This document shows, piece by piece, positions 36,901-48,032 of a stretch of DNA of 64,000 nt. Under the pieces are notes generated by a model. The model saw nothing but the letters and a program-made list of their open reading frames with translations, was not told where the DNA came from and did no database searches. Where the stretch lies: positions 248,001-312,000 of the forward strand of contig JAUPSS010000003.1 in the NCBI GenBank assembly GCA_040285825.1. The letters are read 5' to 3'. This DNA comes from Eukaryota sp. TZLM1-RC. Taxonomy: Eukaryota; Protista; Metamonada: BaSk clade. A program made the translations under genes and the position numbers. Each line of letters opens with the position of its first letter. Position 1 is the stretch's first letter.

Positions 36901-37654
36901 GTTGAACGAGGTGCGCTAAAATAGCAATCCTCGACTGCACTCATCCCACACGAGACTACCGAATCGGTAAGATCATCCAATCTCTTTAAAAGATTTGGAC
37001 TCTGATCATAACTCTCGTAGGCGACGTCGTCAAGTGTTTTGCCGTGGGCTTCCCCAAAGAGAAAGGGCCAACGTTTCGCTAAATAGTCACGTCTGACCTT
37101 GTCACATTCGGCTGAATCTACGTCTCCTGAGAGGCGTTCTGCCTCATTCTCAGCCATTTTTAGTAACTCATTATCACTCCAATCCATTACATCATCAGCA
37201 GGATTGGCGATGAGATCCAATAGGAAATCTCTAGTTACAGCCTCAACTGCCTTTGCTAGTTTCCTTCGGTAAAGACCTTGAGAAGTTGTTTCCTAAGATG
37301 GAAAACATGGAATTGGATTAGAAGGATTGGGTGTATGAGGTGGTTCATCATCGCTCTCATCCCCTCTTCTGCTGTTTTCCTGATTATCAGATCCTCTGGA
37401 ATCATTTTGTGGTTCCTCACTTGAGCTGATGTCAGAAGTAGGCGGGGAGGGAGTTTTACGTGAAGAGCTAGTCGTAGACTGTTGCTCGCCTTCGCCTCCT
37501 TCACCTTCTGTACAAGCGGTAGAATTGTTACTTATAGCAAACGCTTTGAATCTCCGTTGCTCGCTCGGAGTGAGAAAACTCTTCCTAAAAGGAAGGAGCT
37601 CCGAGGAGTTGTTAGGGTATGTGTACAGTTTTGTCACATCAACAACGTGATTAA

Positions 37655-37845
37655 CACTCTCCTTATTGGGGAGGTGACTTCCTTTCTGAGAGGTAGGGTT
37701 CTCCTCAGCGGAAAGTTCACTCTCCTTATTGGGGAGGTGACTTTCTTTGTGAGAGGCAAGGTTGTTTTCAGCGGAAAGCTCACTCTCCTCAGGAGGATTA
37801 CTCTTCCCGAACGAAGGATTACTTTCCTGAACAGGAGGATTACCG
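37655..37845. repeat. 63-bp direct repeat x2 plus 21-bp subrepeats at the gag 5' end
   Basis: cactctccttattggggaggtgactt... repeated; aggattac recurs at 21-bp period. Confidence 0.85.
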
Positions 37846-37911
37846 TGTCCTGGCCGGAGCCATTAATTAATGATGCTGTATGGTTAGACATTCCAGAATA
37901 GAGAAAAAAGA

Positions 37912-37990
37912 TGTTTATTTAAATTTCACTTATCTTATAAAGGCCGTCACTAGTGAAGTCTATACTGGACTATTTGTCCACAGTACAACA
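37912..37990 (-). repeat. Candidate short 5' LTR
   Basis: TGTT...AACA termini with AATAAA, 20 nt upstream of the gag ATG; no partner LTR seen. Confidence 0.25.
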
Positions 37991-38667
37991 TTTTTATGGA
38001 TCGACTTTTTCTCATTCATTCTTATTTCACTTGCCTTCTTTTCCGAGCCTTAGGACTCTCCCTGTACTTTTTCTACGTATTTTTCTACTCATCTCTGACT
38101 GTTTTTAACCTTATAGCTGCAGTTTATTCGCTTCTTAGAACAGTTGTTGGACTTTATATTCAACAGTTATAGTTGAAAACATTCTTTATTCTTATAAACG
38201 CAATAAAGATTTTTCAATGAAAATGACTCAAAAAATTAATAAACATTGTATTCTAAAATGTCTGGGACGAACTGCTCGAACGAACATCTATAAAGTTATG
38301 CTTCATAGTTGACATGAACACTGTCTTTACACTTGAACAGGTCCGCTGAGACCATTTTATGAAACTAGATCGATTCGTTGACTAATCTTCGATAAAAGAA
38401 GTGTTTCAGCTAGCTAAGATATAGTAAATTGTGACACAATGTAGTACAAAGTGAAAAATGTCAGCGAAAGGAGTAACCATCAACAGTTAATGGAAGGAGA
38501 GCGGCATAGGTTGATGAGAAGAGGGAGTTGACAGAAAGATCCACGACTGGTGCAACAGAAAATGAAAGATTTCTAAGGAGTGAGGCTAGGAGTATTATTC
38601 AACCAAACAGACCACCACATATCATTTCATATCAGCTTCTCATATCTGTATAGTTTCCTGGTCGCAG

Positions 38668-40254
38668 ATGACATGTCTCTCCCCTGTTATCAAACGTAAA
38701 TCTTCTCTGTCTCCTTCTAGACAGCATAATCTTATCAATCGACTTGCCCGTCCTAAGACCCACGAATGGGAACGTAGAGACAAGGAGCGTCTCAAAACAG
38801 AACAGGACACCCTTACTGAATGCACTTTCACTCCCAATGTCAATCGGAGACCCCCCATCTTTGGTGAAACTGAATATATTAGACAGCGAGCTCGTGTACC
38901 TATACATGAACGTGTTTTAATTGAAAACATTGAAAAAGAGGAGAAACTTCAAAAGCTTCGTGCTGAACAGAGTACTCCTCGTGGATCCAAGAATTCTAGT
39001 GAGCATCTATTTACTCCTAAAATCTCCAAAAAATCTGAGGAAATCATGCGTAATCGTTCCAGGCTACCCATTCAAGAAAGAATTGCTATTGAGATTAAAG
39101 AAAAAAAGGAACGACTGCGAAACTTAAAAAAGGAAGCAGAAGAACGTGAAACTTCCCTCTTACGTCCTCCCTCAGCTTCTAGGCGAAGAAGTGTGTCTTT
39201 TGAGGAAGTGGTTGATAGAATCTCTGATAGAGCCAAGGAGGTGGAGAAGAAAAAGGAAGCCGTGAAGAGGAGGTCTATGTATGAGGAAGAAAGGCAGCTC
39301 ACATTCAAGCCCACCATTAATAACACTTCTAGAATATTGGCAGCTCACGTTACTGATTTGCAATCACGACCTCCATCGAATTCCAGGCGGTCAGTAATGA
39401 ATTATGATTCACACAGCTTTAAGCCAAGTATTGATAAACAATCAATCAAATTACTCCAGCAATCAAATCATCCATCAGTTTCCGAGACTCCTGAAGAACG
39501 AGCTCAAAGACTTTACTCGGAACAGAAAGAAAGAGAGCGAAAACGACAGTTGAAAGAAGCTCAAGCTCAGAGTAAGATCAAATCTCAACAACAACCAAAA
39601 ATAAGTGAAATTTCAAAATTAATAGCACCTAATACTTCAATAGATGATCTTGCTTCATTGGAAAAAAGGCAAAAAACCCACGAATTAGCTAAAAAGAAGC
39701 TTGAAAATGAAGTTAATCAGCATTGTACTTTCAGACCCGCAATAACTGATCATCATGTAGAAGGAAATCCTTTTAGTTTGTCAGTCAATGACCCAAATAT
39801 TTTAGGAAAGACAGTTAAGGAAATACAACAGCGAAAAGAGAAGAGACTTGAAAGACTCAAAAGAATGAAGGAACTTGAGGAGCAATCTCAGTGTTCCTTT
39901 AAACCTAAAACTAATAGGAGAAGCTCTGTTGACACCCCCAGAACTGTCTTGGTCAGAGGTTTTGAGTCTCATCTGGAAAAGTGCAATCACGCAAGGAAAC
40001 TGAAAGAGGAGCAAGATGAAATTAAAAGAAAAGTGTTTTATGAAGATATTCTTCATAGAGGTGTAAGTAACAGTTCCACGGTGCCCCAATCCTTTGAACT
40101 TTCAAATACTAGCCTGTCTTCAACAAGAAGAAAATTAGAACTAAGCCGAAAGCTAAAGGAAGATTTTGGCAGCAGCCACACCTTTCAACCAATGACAGTT
40201 GAAAGTAAAAGGAGGGCTTTGGCTGAGAAATTGATAAGTGATCATCAACGGTGA
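38668..40254 (+). CDS. Basic coiled-coil protein with repeated (C)TFxP motifs, probably microtubule/cilium associated
   Basis: ECTFTPNVN, LFTPKIS, LTFKPTIN, SFKPSID, CTFRPAI, CSFKPKTN, HTFQP. Confidence 0.7.
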   Translation: MTCLSPVIKRKSSLSPSRQHNLINRLARPKTHEWERRDKERLKTEQDTLTECTFTPNVNRRPPIFGETEYIRQRARVPIHERVLIENIEKEEKLQKLRAEQSTPRGSKNSSEHLFTPKISKKSEEIMRNRSRLPIQERIAIEIKEKKERLRNLKKEAEERETSLLRPPSASRRRSVSFEEVVDRISDRAKEVEKKKEAVKRRSMYEEERQLTFKPTINNTSRILAAHVTDLQSRPPSNSRRSVMNYDSHSFKPSIDKQSIKLLQQSNHPSVSETPEERAQRLYSEQKERERKRQLKEAQAQSKIKSQQQPKISEISKLIAPNTSIDDLASLEKRQKTHELAKKKLENEVNQHCTFRPAITDHHVEGNPFSLSVNDPNILGKTVKEIQQRKEKRLERLKRMKELEEQSQCSFKPKTNRRSSVDTPRTVLVRGFESHLEKCNHARKLKEEQDEIKRKVFYEDILHRGVSNSSTVPQSFELSNTSLSSTRRKLELSRKLKEDFGSSHTFQPMTVESKRRALAEKLISDHQR

Positions 40255-40494
40255 ATTTAAATTTATTTAATTTTATTTATTTAATTTAATTTATATGTGT
40301 ATTTTAGTGTTTATTATATGTATTTTTAGCAATTAAAACTGGGGTCATAAAGCCAGTTTTTCATTACGCAATTTATTTATAAATACCTTTATGTTTTCTC
40401 ATTTTTTACGATGAATTTAGTGGGGATATTCAGTCAAATTCCAGGTTTTAATGTCTTCAAAATATTTCCTGTTTGGAAAACTCAATCTTGTACC

Positions 40495-40559
40495 TCATCA
40501 GTACCACTATAGCAGAGTAAAGGACACTTATTCCCTTGTTATAGACACTATTTCTTAAA
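40495..40559 (+). promoter_or_regulatory. Remnant of Fanzor family C right end abutting ATG
   Basis: ggacacttattcccttgttatagacactatttcttaaaATG: 30/38 ungapped identity with 58315-58352. Confidence 0.85.
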
Positions 40560-43500
40560 ATGGACCTGGGGGAGTACTATATGCAACAAAACTCTCTACT
40601 CGCAGACCCAATACCACCACTTCTTGATCTGATTGCAGATTCTTCCTGGGATAAGATCCGTGATTTGATAATTGAACGCTTCCCAGAAGGTGTTTCTTCC
40701 AATATCGATGATCCTACAACTGCTGGTATAATACCCCATTTAGTCCTTCACAAGCTTATCAATCCCTCCAACACCGATGTCTCTTATCTCTGTAATCGTT
40801 TTTCCAATCTCATCACTCATTGTGAAAACCTTCTCACCCTCGATCTCTCAATATTCACTGATCAGCGCCTCTCATCCCCTCCTGATGCCTCTACGTTTAA
40901 TGAACTACCTCTATTCCTCAAAGCTGAAGCATTATTCAAGGAGTTCGTTGCTGTTTCCAGGTTCGTCTCCACTGCCAAAGAGTACATCAGCTTGGATACC
41001 CTTTCTTCACTTGCTCCCATCTCAACTTCATTCCCTCATCAAGCCGCCTTTATTGTAGCTTCCACTGCCAGAACTTTTCCTTATCCTTCTGTTTTAAGTG
41101 TCCCTGTTTTTGCCAAAGTACTAGGTTACATTGACATTTGTATGGACAAGTGGGCATTGACAACTGCATGGGTATCTAACGCTCCTCATTTACAAGATCA
41201 AATTGTGAACTGTTTTCTTTCCGACTATATGTATTTACCCGTCGTTCGATTTTTAAGTTTTTTATCAAATTCTAACAAGATTAGTATTTTCCAAAAGGCC
41301 ACTTTGTCACCAACTCCAGTATCTATCGCGACTGCCTTGTCTTGTACAGCTACACCCAGGGATGTTGATCTTTTCTTGAAATTTTTGCTAGCTTACCCTC
41401 AAAATATTTCAAAAATTGCATCCTCATTCACACCAAAGAGTAATATACACTTTGTTCCTAAAATAATTGAAGCCACCCGGAGAGCTCTTCTACATGACCT
41501 GAATTCGAAAGTTTTGATTGATTCTGGGGACCTTTCTCCATCTTCAGCTACTTGCTTATCTATTTGTCTGGGACTGTACAAACCTTTACCAAAACCATTT
41601 GAAATTAAACAATTTTTATCAATGATTGATGCTTCACAGTTTGATCAAGTTGTAGTTCAGAACCCTCAATCACTATTAATTCCTCTTTTGTCGATCTTGC
41701 CATTTGGACAATGCTCTGATAGTCAGAATTTGATTGTAAAGTCTTTTTTTCAAGATCAAGTTGTTCCCTTTACTCAACATTATATTCAATCAAATCACCT
41801 CCCGGTCAACTATATTTCTCTTCTCTGTTTAGTTGGAATTGTGTCTTCTGCTGAAAAACCAAAAAAATTTGAAATTTTATTCAATAAGTTAGTTACCCTT
41901 TTAACTGGTGTTGAGATCAAAGCTCTCGTGGGAGGCGCTTTAATCTTTTCTTGCCTGTTGTTCAACTCGATTTCAAGAGATTTAACTAGTTTTATTTGGA
42001 ATTTAGACCCAGCTGCCTTTCTCGTGCAATGTCGTTCTCAACAATTGGGTATTTGGCTTGAATTGGTTGACGTTTTGTTCAATGTCAGTGATTTACATCA
42101 ATTAAATCTTCAAAAAGGTTACGAGTTTTTTGAAAATTTCGGTCAAAAGTGTGAAATTTTCACTAATCCCCATACTCGGATCAAGAGCTCACATAGACTG
42201 GCTTTTGTTGCTATGAGGCTTGGTCAAGCTGCTGGTAAAGCCAAGTTACCTCCATTTAATTTTAGTTTACTTACCAAATATTGCTCCTTCATTGGATATA
42301 ACAATAATGTTTCCAATGATGAATTGACTCCAATCTCAAAGGTTTTACTTCAATATTGCACAATTCTGCTCTGTCTCTGTTTCTCTTATTGCGCGGAAGC
42401 CGTTGAAGTGGAAATACCTTTAAAACATGCGGAATTGTTGCTAACCCTTCCAATTCATTCCATTAGTTCACTTTTGATTTCATTTGATTTAAAAAAGCTT
42501 GATCAAATGTTTTTGCGATGTGTCAAGTTATTTATTCCACTTAATTCTTTTGTTTACAAGGCTGAATTGTTTCTCAACTCACCATTTACTTTGGGTTTTG
42601 ATTTCAGTTTTAAATTATTAAATGTTAATGTTTTAAAGCCCACTAGAGACCATTTCCCTGCACTTCTGTCCACTTTACTTTCTTTTAATTACCCCTTATC
42701 TGCCCAATATCTTGAACAATTGGTTCAATTAATTACCCCTTTTATTGATAAAAATAATGTTCTGTCAATTTCAAGTTTATTGTTTGTTTTTTTATCAAAG
42801 TACACGCTTTGTTTTCATTCTAAACATTTATCCTTGATTCTAAGTAGACTCTTTGACGAGTCATTCACTTCAATAGAAGACTTTTTGGGCAGGTTTATCT
42901 TGAACCCACATCATTTCACTTTGGACTGCTTCACTGATTTTATTACCTTTGTTCTTTACTGTTTTTGTGAAAGAACCTCCCTTCGAGTTGATCCAAAGTC
43001 ATTTAAATTAACTTCCAATGAGGCCCATTCTCTGTATTTGGGGGTTTTCAGGCAGCTCTTGACCAGTGCAATTTCTTTACCAAATTCATTTAAGCTGTTG
43101 TCGTTGCTGTCCAAAGGAGGCCCTGTAATTGGCCAATTAATACCAGTTTCGCAAGCTCTGAACTATTACGCATTGAAGGAATCTTTTTTGTTAAAAGATA
43201 TGGTCAAGCGACCCTTACCACTCAATGTTGTTTCATTTTTAGTATATAGCATTCCATCGATTAAACACGAACTTGCTTTTATGAAAGAATTTTTTATAAA
43301 TATTTCTCATTCAATTAAAAATCACGCTGAAGTTTGTAGCGTATTGCAGTCACTTTCAGCAATGGTATTCAACATTGACTATTTCTATTTTAACCCTTCT
43401 ACTTCTGATTTTGTCTTTTTTGTTGTTGATTATTGTTATTATTGTTTGCTTGTCACTGAAGGCTCACAAATTCATCCCACTCAATCTATTTATAAGACAT

Positions 43501-43754
43501 TGGAAGTTCTACCTCTGAAATATTTAGATCCACTACTATCTGTAGTTGTTGGATGTTTACCCTTAGCTAGCAAATCTTTCAAATTAGAGTTCGTTCGCGA
43601 TGTGACTATTTCATTTCTAAATTTAATTAGATTCTCCCAAAAGGTTAGTGAAGAAGTAAAGAGAAATGGAGAAATTTCTCTTGCTGAATTGGGTGGAAGT
43701 CCCACTTTAAAATTACTAAAAAATGCTGATCAATTGTTTAATTCATGTAGGTAG
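40560..43754 (+). CDS. Integrator complex subunit 2-like helical protein
   Basis: IIPHLV, WALTTAWVSNAP and PLNVVSFLVYSIPSIKHELAFMKEF resemble INTS2 blocks (LLPCLV, LVANVP, LTVAGIPSMHICLDFIPEL, from memory). Confidence 0.55.
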   Translation: MDLGEYYMQQNSLLADPIPPLLDLIADSSWDKIRDLIIERFPEGVSSNIDDPTTAGIIPHLVLHKLINPSNTDVSYLCNRFSNLITHCENLLTLDLSIFTDQRLSSPPDASTFNELPLFLKAEALFKEFVAVSRFVSTAKEYISLDTLSSLAPISTSFPHQAAFIVASTARTFPYPSVLSVPVFAKVLGYIDICMDKWALTTAWVSNAPHLQDQIVNCFLSDYMYLPVVRFLSFLSNSNKISIFQKATLSPTPVSIATALSCTATPRDVDLFLKFLLAYPQNISKIASSFTPKSNIHFVPKIIEATRRALLHDLNSKVLIDSGDLSPSSATCLSICLGLYKPLPKPFEIKQFLSMIDASQFDQVVVQNPQSLLIPLLSILPFGQCSDSQNLIVKSFFQDQVVPFTQHYIQSNHLPVNYISLLCLVGIVSSAEKPKKFEILFNKLVTLLTGVEIKALVGGALIFSCLLFNSISRDLTSFIWNLDPAAFLVQCRSQQLGIWLELVDVLFNVSDLHQLNLQKGYEFFENFGQKCEIFTNPHTRIKSSHRLAFVAMRLGQAAGKAKLPPFNFSLLTKYCSFIGYNNNVSNDELTPISKVLLQYCTILLCLCFSYCAEAVEVEIPLKHAELLLTLPIHSISSLLISFDLKKLDQMFLRCVKLFIPLNSFVYKAELFLNSPFTLGFDFSFKLLNVNVLKPTRDHFPALLSTLLSFNYPLSAQYLEQLVQLITPFIDKNNVLSISSLLFVFLSKYTLCFHSKHLSLILSRLFDESFTSIEDFLGRFILNPHHFTLDCFTDFITFVLYCFCERTSLRVDPKSFKLTSNEAHSLYLGVFRQLLTSAISLPNSFKLLSLLSKGGPVIGQLIPVSQALNYYALKESFLLKDMVKRPLPLNVVSFLVYSIPSIKHELAFMKEFFINISHSIKNHAEVCSVLQSLSAMVFNIDYFYFNPSTSDFVFFVVDYCYYCLLVTEGSQIHPTQSIYKTLEVLPLKYLDPLLSVVVGCLPLASKSFKLEFVRDVTISFLNLIRFSQKVSEEVKRNGEISLAELGGSPTLKLLKNADQLFNSCR

Positions 43755-43800
43755 ATGCAATATTTTTTAAAAAATTAATTGTTATACTCTTTAAGTTTTA

Positions 43801-45495
43801 TTAATCAAGATCAATGAATTTATGTATTGAGCAGCAAAATGATTCTCTACATGACTCTTCATTGTACCATGCTAATAAAAATTTCTTAACTGTTGTACTT
43901 TCTCCAATGCCATGATTAACTAGCCCAACAAGAGCTTCAACGGTGATTAAGAATGGATTAGGGAGGTTTCCCTTGGTGGAACATTTTGAAATTCTAGGAA
44001 TAAGTGATTTTTTTGAATTATAGAATAAAATTGCTTCATTGTCTTTTGCTTGAAAATCAGCAAGGATAATTTTACGAATTTGTGCACATTCATCCAATAG
44101 ATCAACAACATCATCGACATCATTAATTAAAGCAACCAAACCCCTCAAGAGATACCCCAAATCCTCTAGTGTCGTATCAAATGAACACTTACCGTGATAG
44201 AAAGAGTGGCATGGAGAGTCAAAAACATTGAATGTTGAAAGCAAAGATTCTGCTAGCTGACAGGCTTGTTCTATATACTGTGTATTCTTAGTTGCTTTGC
44301 CAACCGCTGCAAGAGCCCAAAGCAAAAGACTATTCCAACTAAGAAGACACTTTTCATCCCTTTTGCAACCTAATCGATCCTGTCTTGCTTTGAATAAAAG
44401 ATTTTTACCAATACCCAATAAAGTGTTTTCTCTGTCGGTTAACTGAGAGTATAGTTTGGTTAGGAATGGATTAGACATTTCCTCATTGGCAGTGAACAAA
44501 ACCAAAAACTCAGAAATGGTCCGTTCATCAAGACCCCCAACTTCCAACACCTCCACTACTTCGGCTCTTGTCCACTGGTAGAAAGCGCCTTCACAACCTG
44601 TGAGGTCTTCAGCATCAACACCACAGCAATAAAGTCCATTCTCCAAGCGCATTTCCCTATTCAAAAAGCTAATCAGTCTATGAATGACATTCAAAAGAAG
44701 TGAGTCTTGATCATGATTGTAAAGGAGTGCCAAGATTAACAACAGTTGAGCTTGATCATACAACATCTTTTCAAAATGTGGTACCTTCCATTGAAGATCC
44801 GTTGCATAGCGAAAAACACCATCACCTAGTTGATCATAAGTGCCAGATGAAATTAAATTTAAAACAAAATCCTTACAGAAACTTAAACCATGGGGATTTC
44901 CATCATAAACACAAAGACGAAGAAGTTCAAAAGGAACGAACCTTGGCCCAGTAAAAACGGCTCTGTACCTACGAATAGCATTGTCAAGTTCTTTAGTGCA
45001 ACATAAAGAGCTTAATGAAGAAGCAAATGGTGAGCTTAGAGATAATAGCGAGATGGTCGCCTCATAAACACTTTGTCCTATCGATTCATATTCACGAAGA
45101 TCAGAATTTGAAACTCTGTTACAGAGCTCTATCAATTCAGGCTTTGGCAAGTATGTGAAGGTGTAAAACGGATGGAGATTGGATGTCAGAAATAGGTTGC
45201 AAGGCCAGCCAGCAGTGCCTTGTATGGATGATGCTGCAGTGATGTAAAACAGGTCCACATCGGGACAGGCTTCTCTGTCCACTTTGATACACATAAAAGG
45301 TAAGAGAGACTCAGCCACTTCTTGCTGAGAGAAACATTCACGATTCATGACGTGACACCAATGGCAGGTAGAGTATCCGATTGAGAGAAATATCAATTTG
45401 TCCTGATTCTTGGCTTTGGAAATAGTGGAGTGATCCCAAGACATCCATTGAATAGGGTTAGTTTCATGTTGTTGAAGATAAGGCGAGTCCTCCAT
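43801..45495 (-). CDS. SPATA20/YyaL-like thioredoxin-fold plus alpha/alpha-barrel protein
   Basis: SPYLQQHETNPIQW, SIGYSTCHWCHVM, KVDRE.PDVD, VPHFEKMLYDQAQL, EGAFYQW. Confidence 0.9.
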   Translation of the reverse strand: MEDSPYLQQHETNPIQWMSWDHSTISKAKNQDKLIFLSIGYSTCHWCHVMNRECFSQQEVAESLLPFMCIKVDREACPDVDLFYITAASSIQGTAGWPCNLFLTSNLHPFYTFTYLPKPELIELCNRVSNSDLREYESIGQSVYEATISLLSLSSPFASSLSSLCCTKELDNAIRRYRAVFTGPRFVPFELLRLCVYDGNPHGLSFCKDFVLNLISSGTYDQLGDGVFRYATDLQWKVPHFEKMLYDQAQLLLILALLYNHDQDSLLLNVIHRLISFLNREMRLENGLYCCGVDAEDLTGCEGAFYQWTRAEVVEVLEVGGLDERTISEFLVLFTANEEMSNPFLTKLYSQLTDRENTLLGIGKNLLFKARQDRLGCKRDEKCLLSWNSLLLWALAAVGKATKNTQYIEQACQLAESLLSTFNVFDSPCHSFYHGKCSFDTTLEDLGYLLRGLVALINDVDDVVDLLDECAQIRKIILADFQAKDNEAILFYNSKKSLIPRISKCSTKGNLPNPFLITVEALVGLVNHGIGESTTVKKFLLAWYNEESCRESFCCSIHKFIDLD

Positions 45496-46520
45496 GGGTC
45501 AAATTTGTCTGAAACGTTCAACAAGAAGAGAACCAAATGGAAGAAAGATATCTGCAGAAATGGGTTGGTATATGACAGGTTGAAAAAGACGTATTTCAGT
45601 GATTGCTTGAAGCTCTGTTTCGCATATTACAAGATGATTGTGAATGACTTAGTTAATGATCTGTCTGTGGTTATCAACATAGACTGGAAATGCATTCTTT
45701 ATCTGAAATGTCAATTTCCAATACTTCAACCATATTCACATGTCTAAACTTAACCTTACGGAGATGATCGGCTTAGATCAAAATACGTTGGATTTGAAGA
45801 CTCTTATTGAGGTCTTCTAAAAGCTACGGGTTTAGTGTTCAAAAAATACTCGCTTACTGCAATCTCCCACTGGTTTCTCGAGGCAGAGATATCTCTTGAC
45901 CAAACCATTCCACATTCTGGACATGCAAAATAGGCTTTAGACTTTTTCCTTTCTCCATTCTCTATGAAGTAAAGGTCTTCATGGAAGACTTTGCAACAGT
46001 TCACTTTGTTAGATGTATAGTATTCATCGCCATCCTTCACGGTTGGAAATCGAGCCTTGAGATACTTCAGAAAACGCTTTTTGGTGTTTTCACTCTTTGA
46101 CGGGATGGTCCATCACCTCCTTTCCCAACCCAAATAGTCACTTCACGATTTTCAGCCATGTTTTTGATTTTCTGGACAAAATGGCTGCATCTCTTTTGGC
46201 GATGGATAAAAAATTCGAAGCGATTACAGCGTATAGCTTTTCTTTTTCCTTGATGTAGATGGTCGTCCAATAAACTTTGTCTTTCAGTGTTGTCTCTTTG
46301 AGGATTCACATTAAGCCACTGTTCCATTTCAGTACGTTTAGCAACATCTATATATTCTGCTGCCATTGCGGTCAGATACTGATAATAGCCCTGAACGGAA
46401 TAACAGTTTGGAGTCAGTTGGCTCAATAGAGAAGACGTCATTGAGCGAGGCTTGGGTGATAGGACAATGCTTGAATGCATTGGTCCACATGCTTGACCAG
46501 CTGTCTAACCGACTAGATTA
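45496..46520 (-). mobile_element. Fanzor family A' (diverged relative of A), 5'-truncated; ~300-nt 3' tail runs to the SPATA20 ATG
   Basis: TIWVGKGGDGPSRQRVKTP, GDEYYTSNKVNCC, CPECGMVWSRDISASRN, KPVAFRRP; hairpin ttgttgaa-cgt-ttcagacaa ends ~10 nt before the ATG. Confidence 0.85.
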
Positions 46521-46664
46521 CTGTGGTAGGGGCTCATGGCCACAAAGAAAGGGTAAATAAACCATCTTAATGCGAGCAAATGCCTTCTGATTGGCTCTTG
46601 TGCTCAGAATCTTGTGATAAACGATTCTGCTGTCCCTCTTATTCATTATAGTAGTGATGCTTTT

Positions 46665-47955
46665 AAGTTCCTTGGTTGTTGGTTAGAAAATGTGCCTCAC
46701 AAGTTATTTCGGAAAAAATAAAAATTGAACTTGATTCAATTTCCACATTATGGCGGTTTAGGTTGGACGAAGGCTTCTATTCTTACTTTGTGTGCTTTTT
46801 ATTGGTGGATGCAGAAATGCAATCTTTGACTTTTCCGAAAGATTTGCAGAATGGGAAGATTTATTGATGACAACGCAAAGTTCCACTGTTTTTGCATTAA
46901 ATGAAGAAATTTCAAAAACTGATGTAGAAAAATGGAGTCGATGCTTTCCCCAATCATTCAGTGGCAATATTCCTGAAAAGAATCTTTTAGATTTAAAATA
47001 CACTCTTCGAACATTACAGAAACGATTGACTGGAAAGTATGAAAATGATCTTTATAATAATATATGCAGCTCGACTTTTTTTCAATCAAGATCTTCACTC
47101 ATTGTTATTGGAAAAGGGTGTTTGTGAAAATCAGTCATCAGTTTCTTCACTGTTTGTAACCATTGTACCACGAAGATTTGGATTGTGTGCCACTAATGAA
47201 GCATTTGTAAAAAAAATGAGATTATATTTGAATATCCCCATTAATCAATTATTATCAAAAGAAAAATGTATTTGTTCGAATTCACCTCAACTCACTTTGC
47301 GCCATGTTCTGAACTGTTCTAAATTGATAACTTATCGTTCTTCATTACATGATGCTGTTAGAGACGCTGTTTTCAATATGGCACAAACTGCAAGGATATC
47401 GTGTATCAAAGAGCCCCTGCTAAAGGAAACACTTTCTCTGAATAATTTTGGTTCTGATGATAGAGGTGATGTATACTGTGATTGGATTAATAATTCTGAA
47501 GCTATTGTTGACTTTGTCTCATGTAATGTTGCAAATGATACTTTGGTTCACAGAAGAAAACTTAATCCTGTGGCTGCTCTGGATTTTAAAGCAAAAGAGA
47601 AACATAGAAAATATGATAAAGATATTGAAGAGGCTAATGTCGATAGAAATACACAGCTGGTTTTTATTGCTTTCCCATTTTCGATAAATGGAAGATTATC
47701 AGTTGAAGCAGAAACTTTTTTGGATGACTTCCAAAAATTGGTGCAAGAAAAAACAATGAAAAGATTTGATATTTTTTTATGACGTTCACGGATTCAATTT
47801 ACCATTATTAATAGATTACCTCGGTTTTTCAATCGAATTAGAGAAGCTTTAGCTAGACAGCAAGCAGATCAAGATTTTGTAGAGGAAATCTTGGTTCAAT
47901 GATAGTCGTCCCATTAGTATGAGATAATTTAATTAAGTGTGCAAATTCAATAAAT
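46665..47955 (+). mobile_element. RLE-type non-LTR retrotransposon family N1
   Basis: FIGGCRN, CICSNSPQLTLRHVLNC, HDAVRD, RGD..VD..EKHRKY restriction-like endonuclease. Confidence 0.85.
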
Positions 47956-48032
47956 ACTTTGCTAATCATCGTAAAAATGAGGAAAAGGGAAAAATATTAT
48001 TTATTTACAATCTGTTTAACAGCTACAACAGA

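Larger units (their letters stand above)
31560..37891 (-). mobile_element. Ty3/Gypsy LTR retrotransposon, degenerate, 3'-truncated
   Basis: gag with CSLCKTNKHPEEKC knuckle, protease EIDNGA, RT LDLPKAFWQ / FGLKNVP / YIDD, RNase H ADASDVALGG, integrase HHCC, ADTIG, HSDN; order PR-RT-RH-IN; many frameshifts. Confidence 0.92.
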
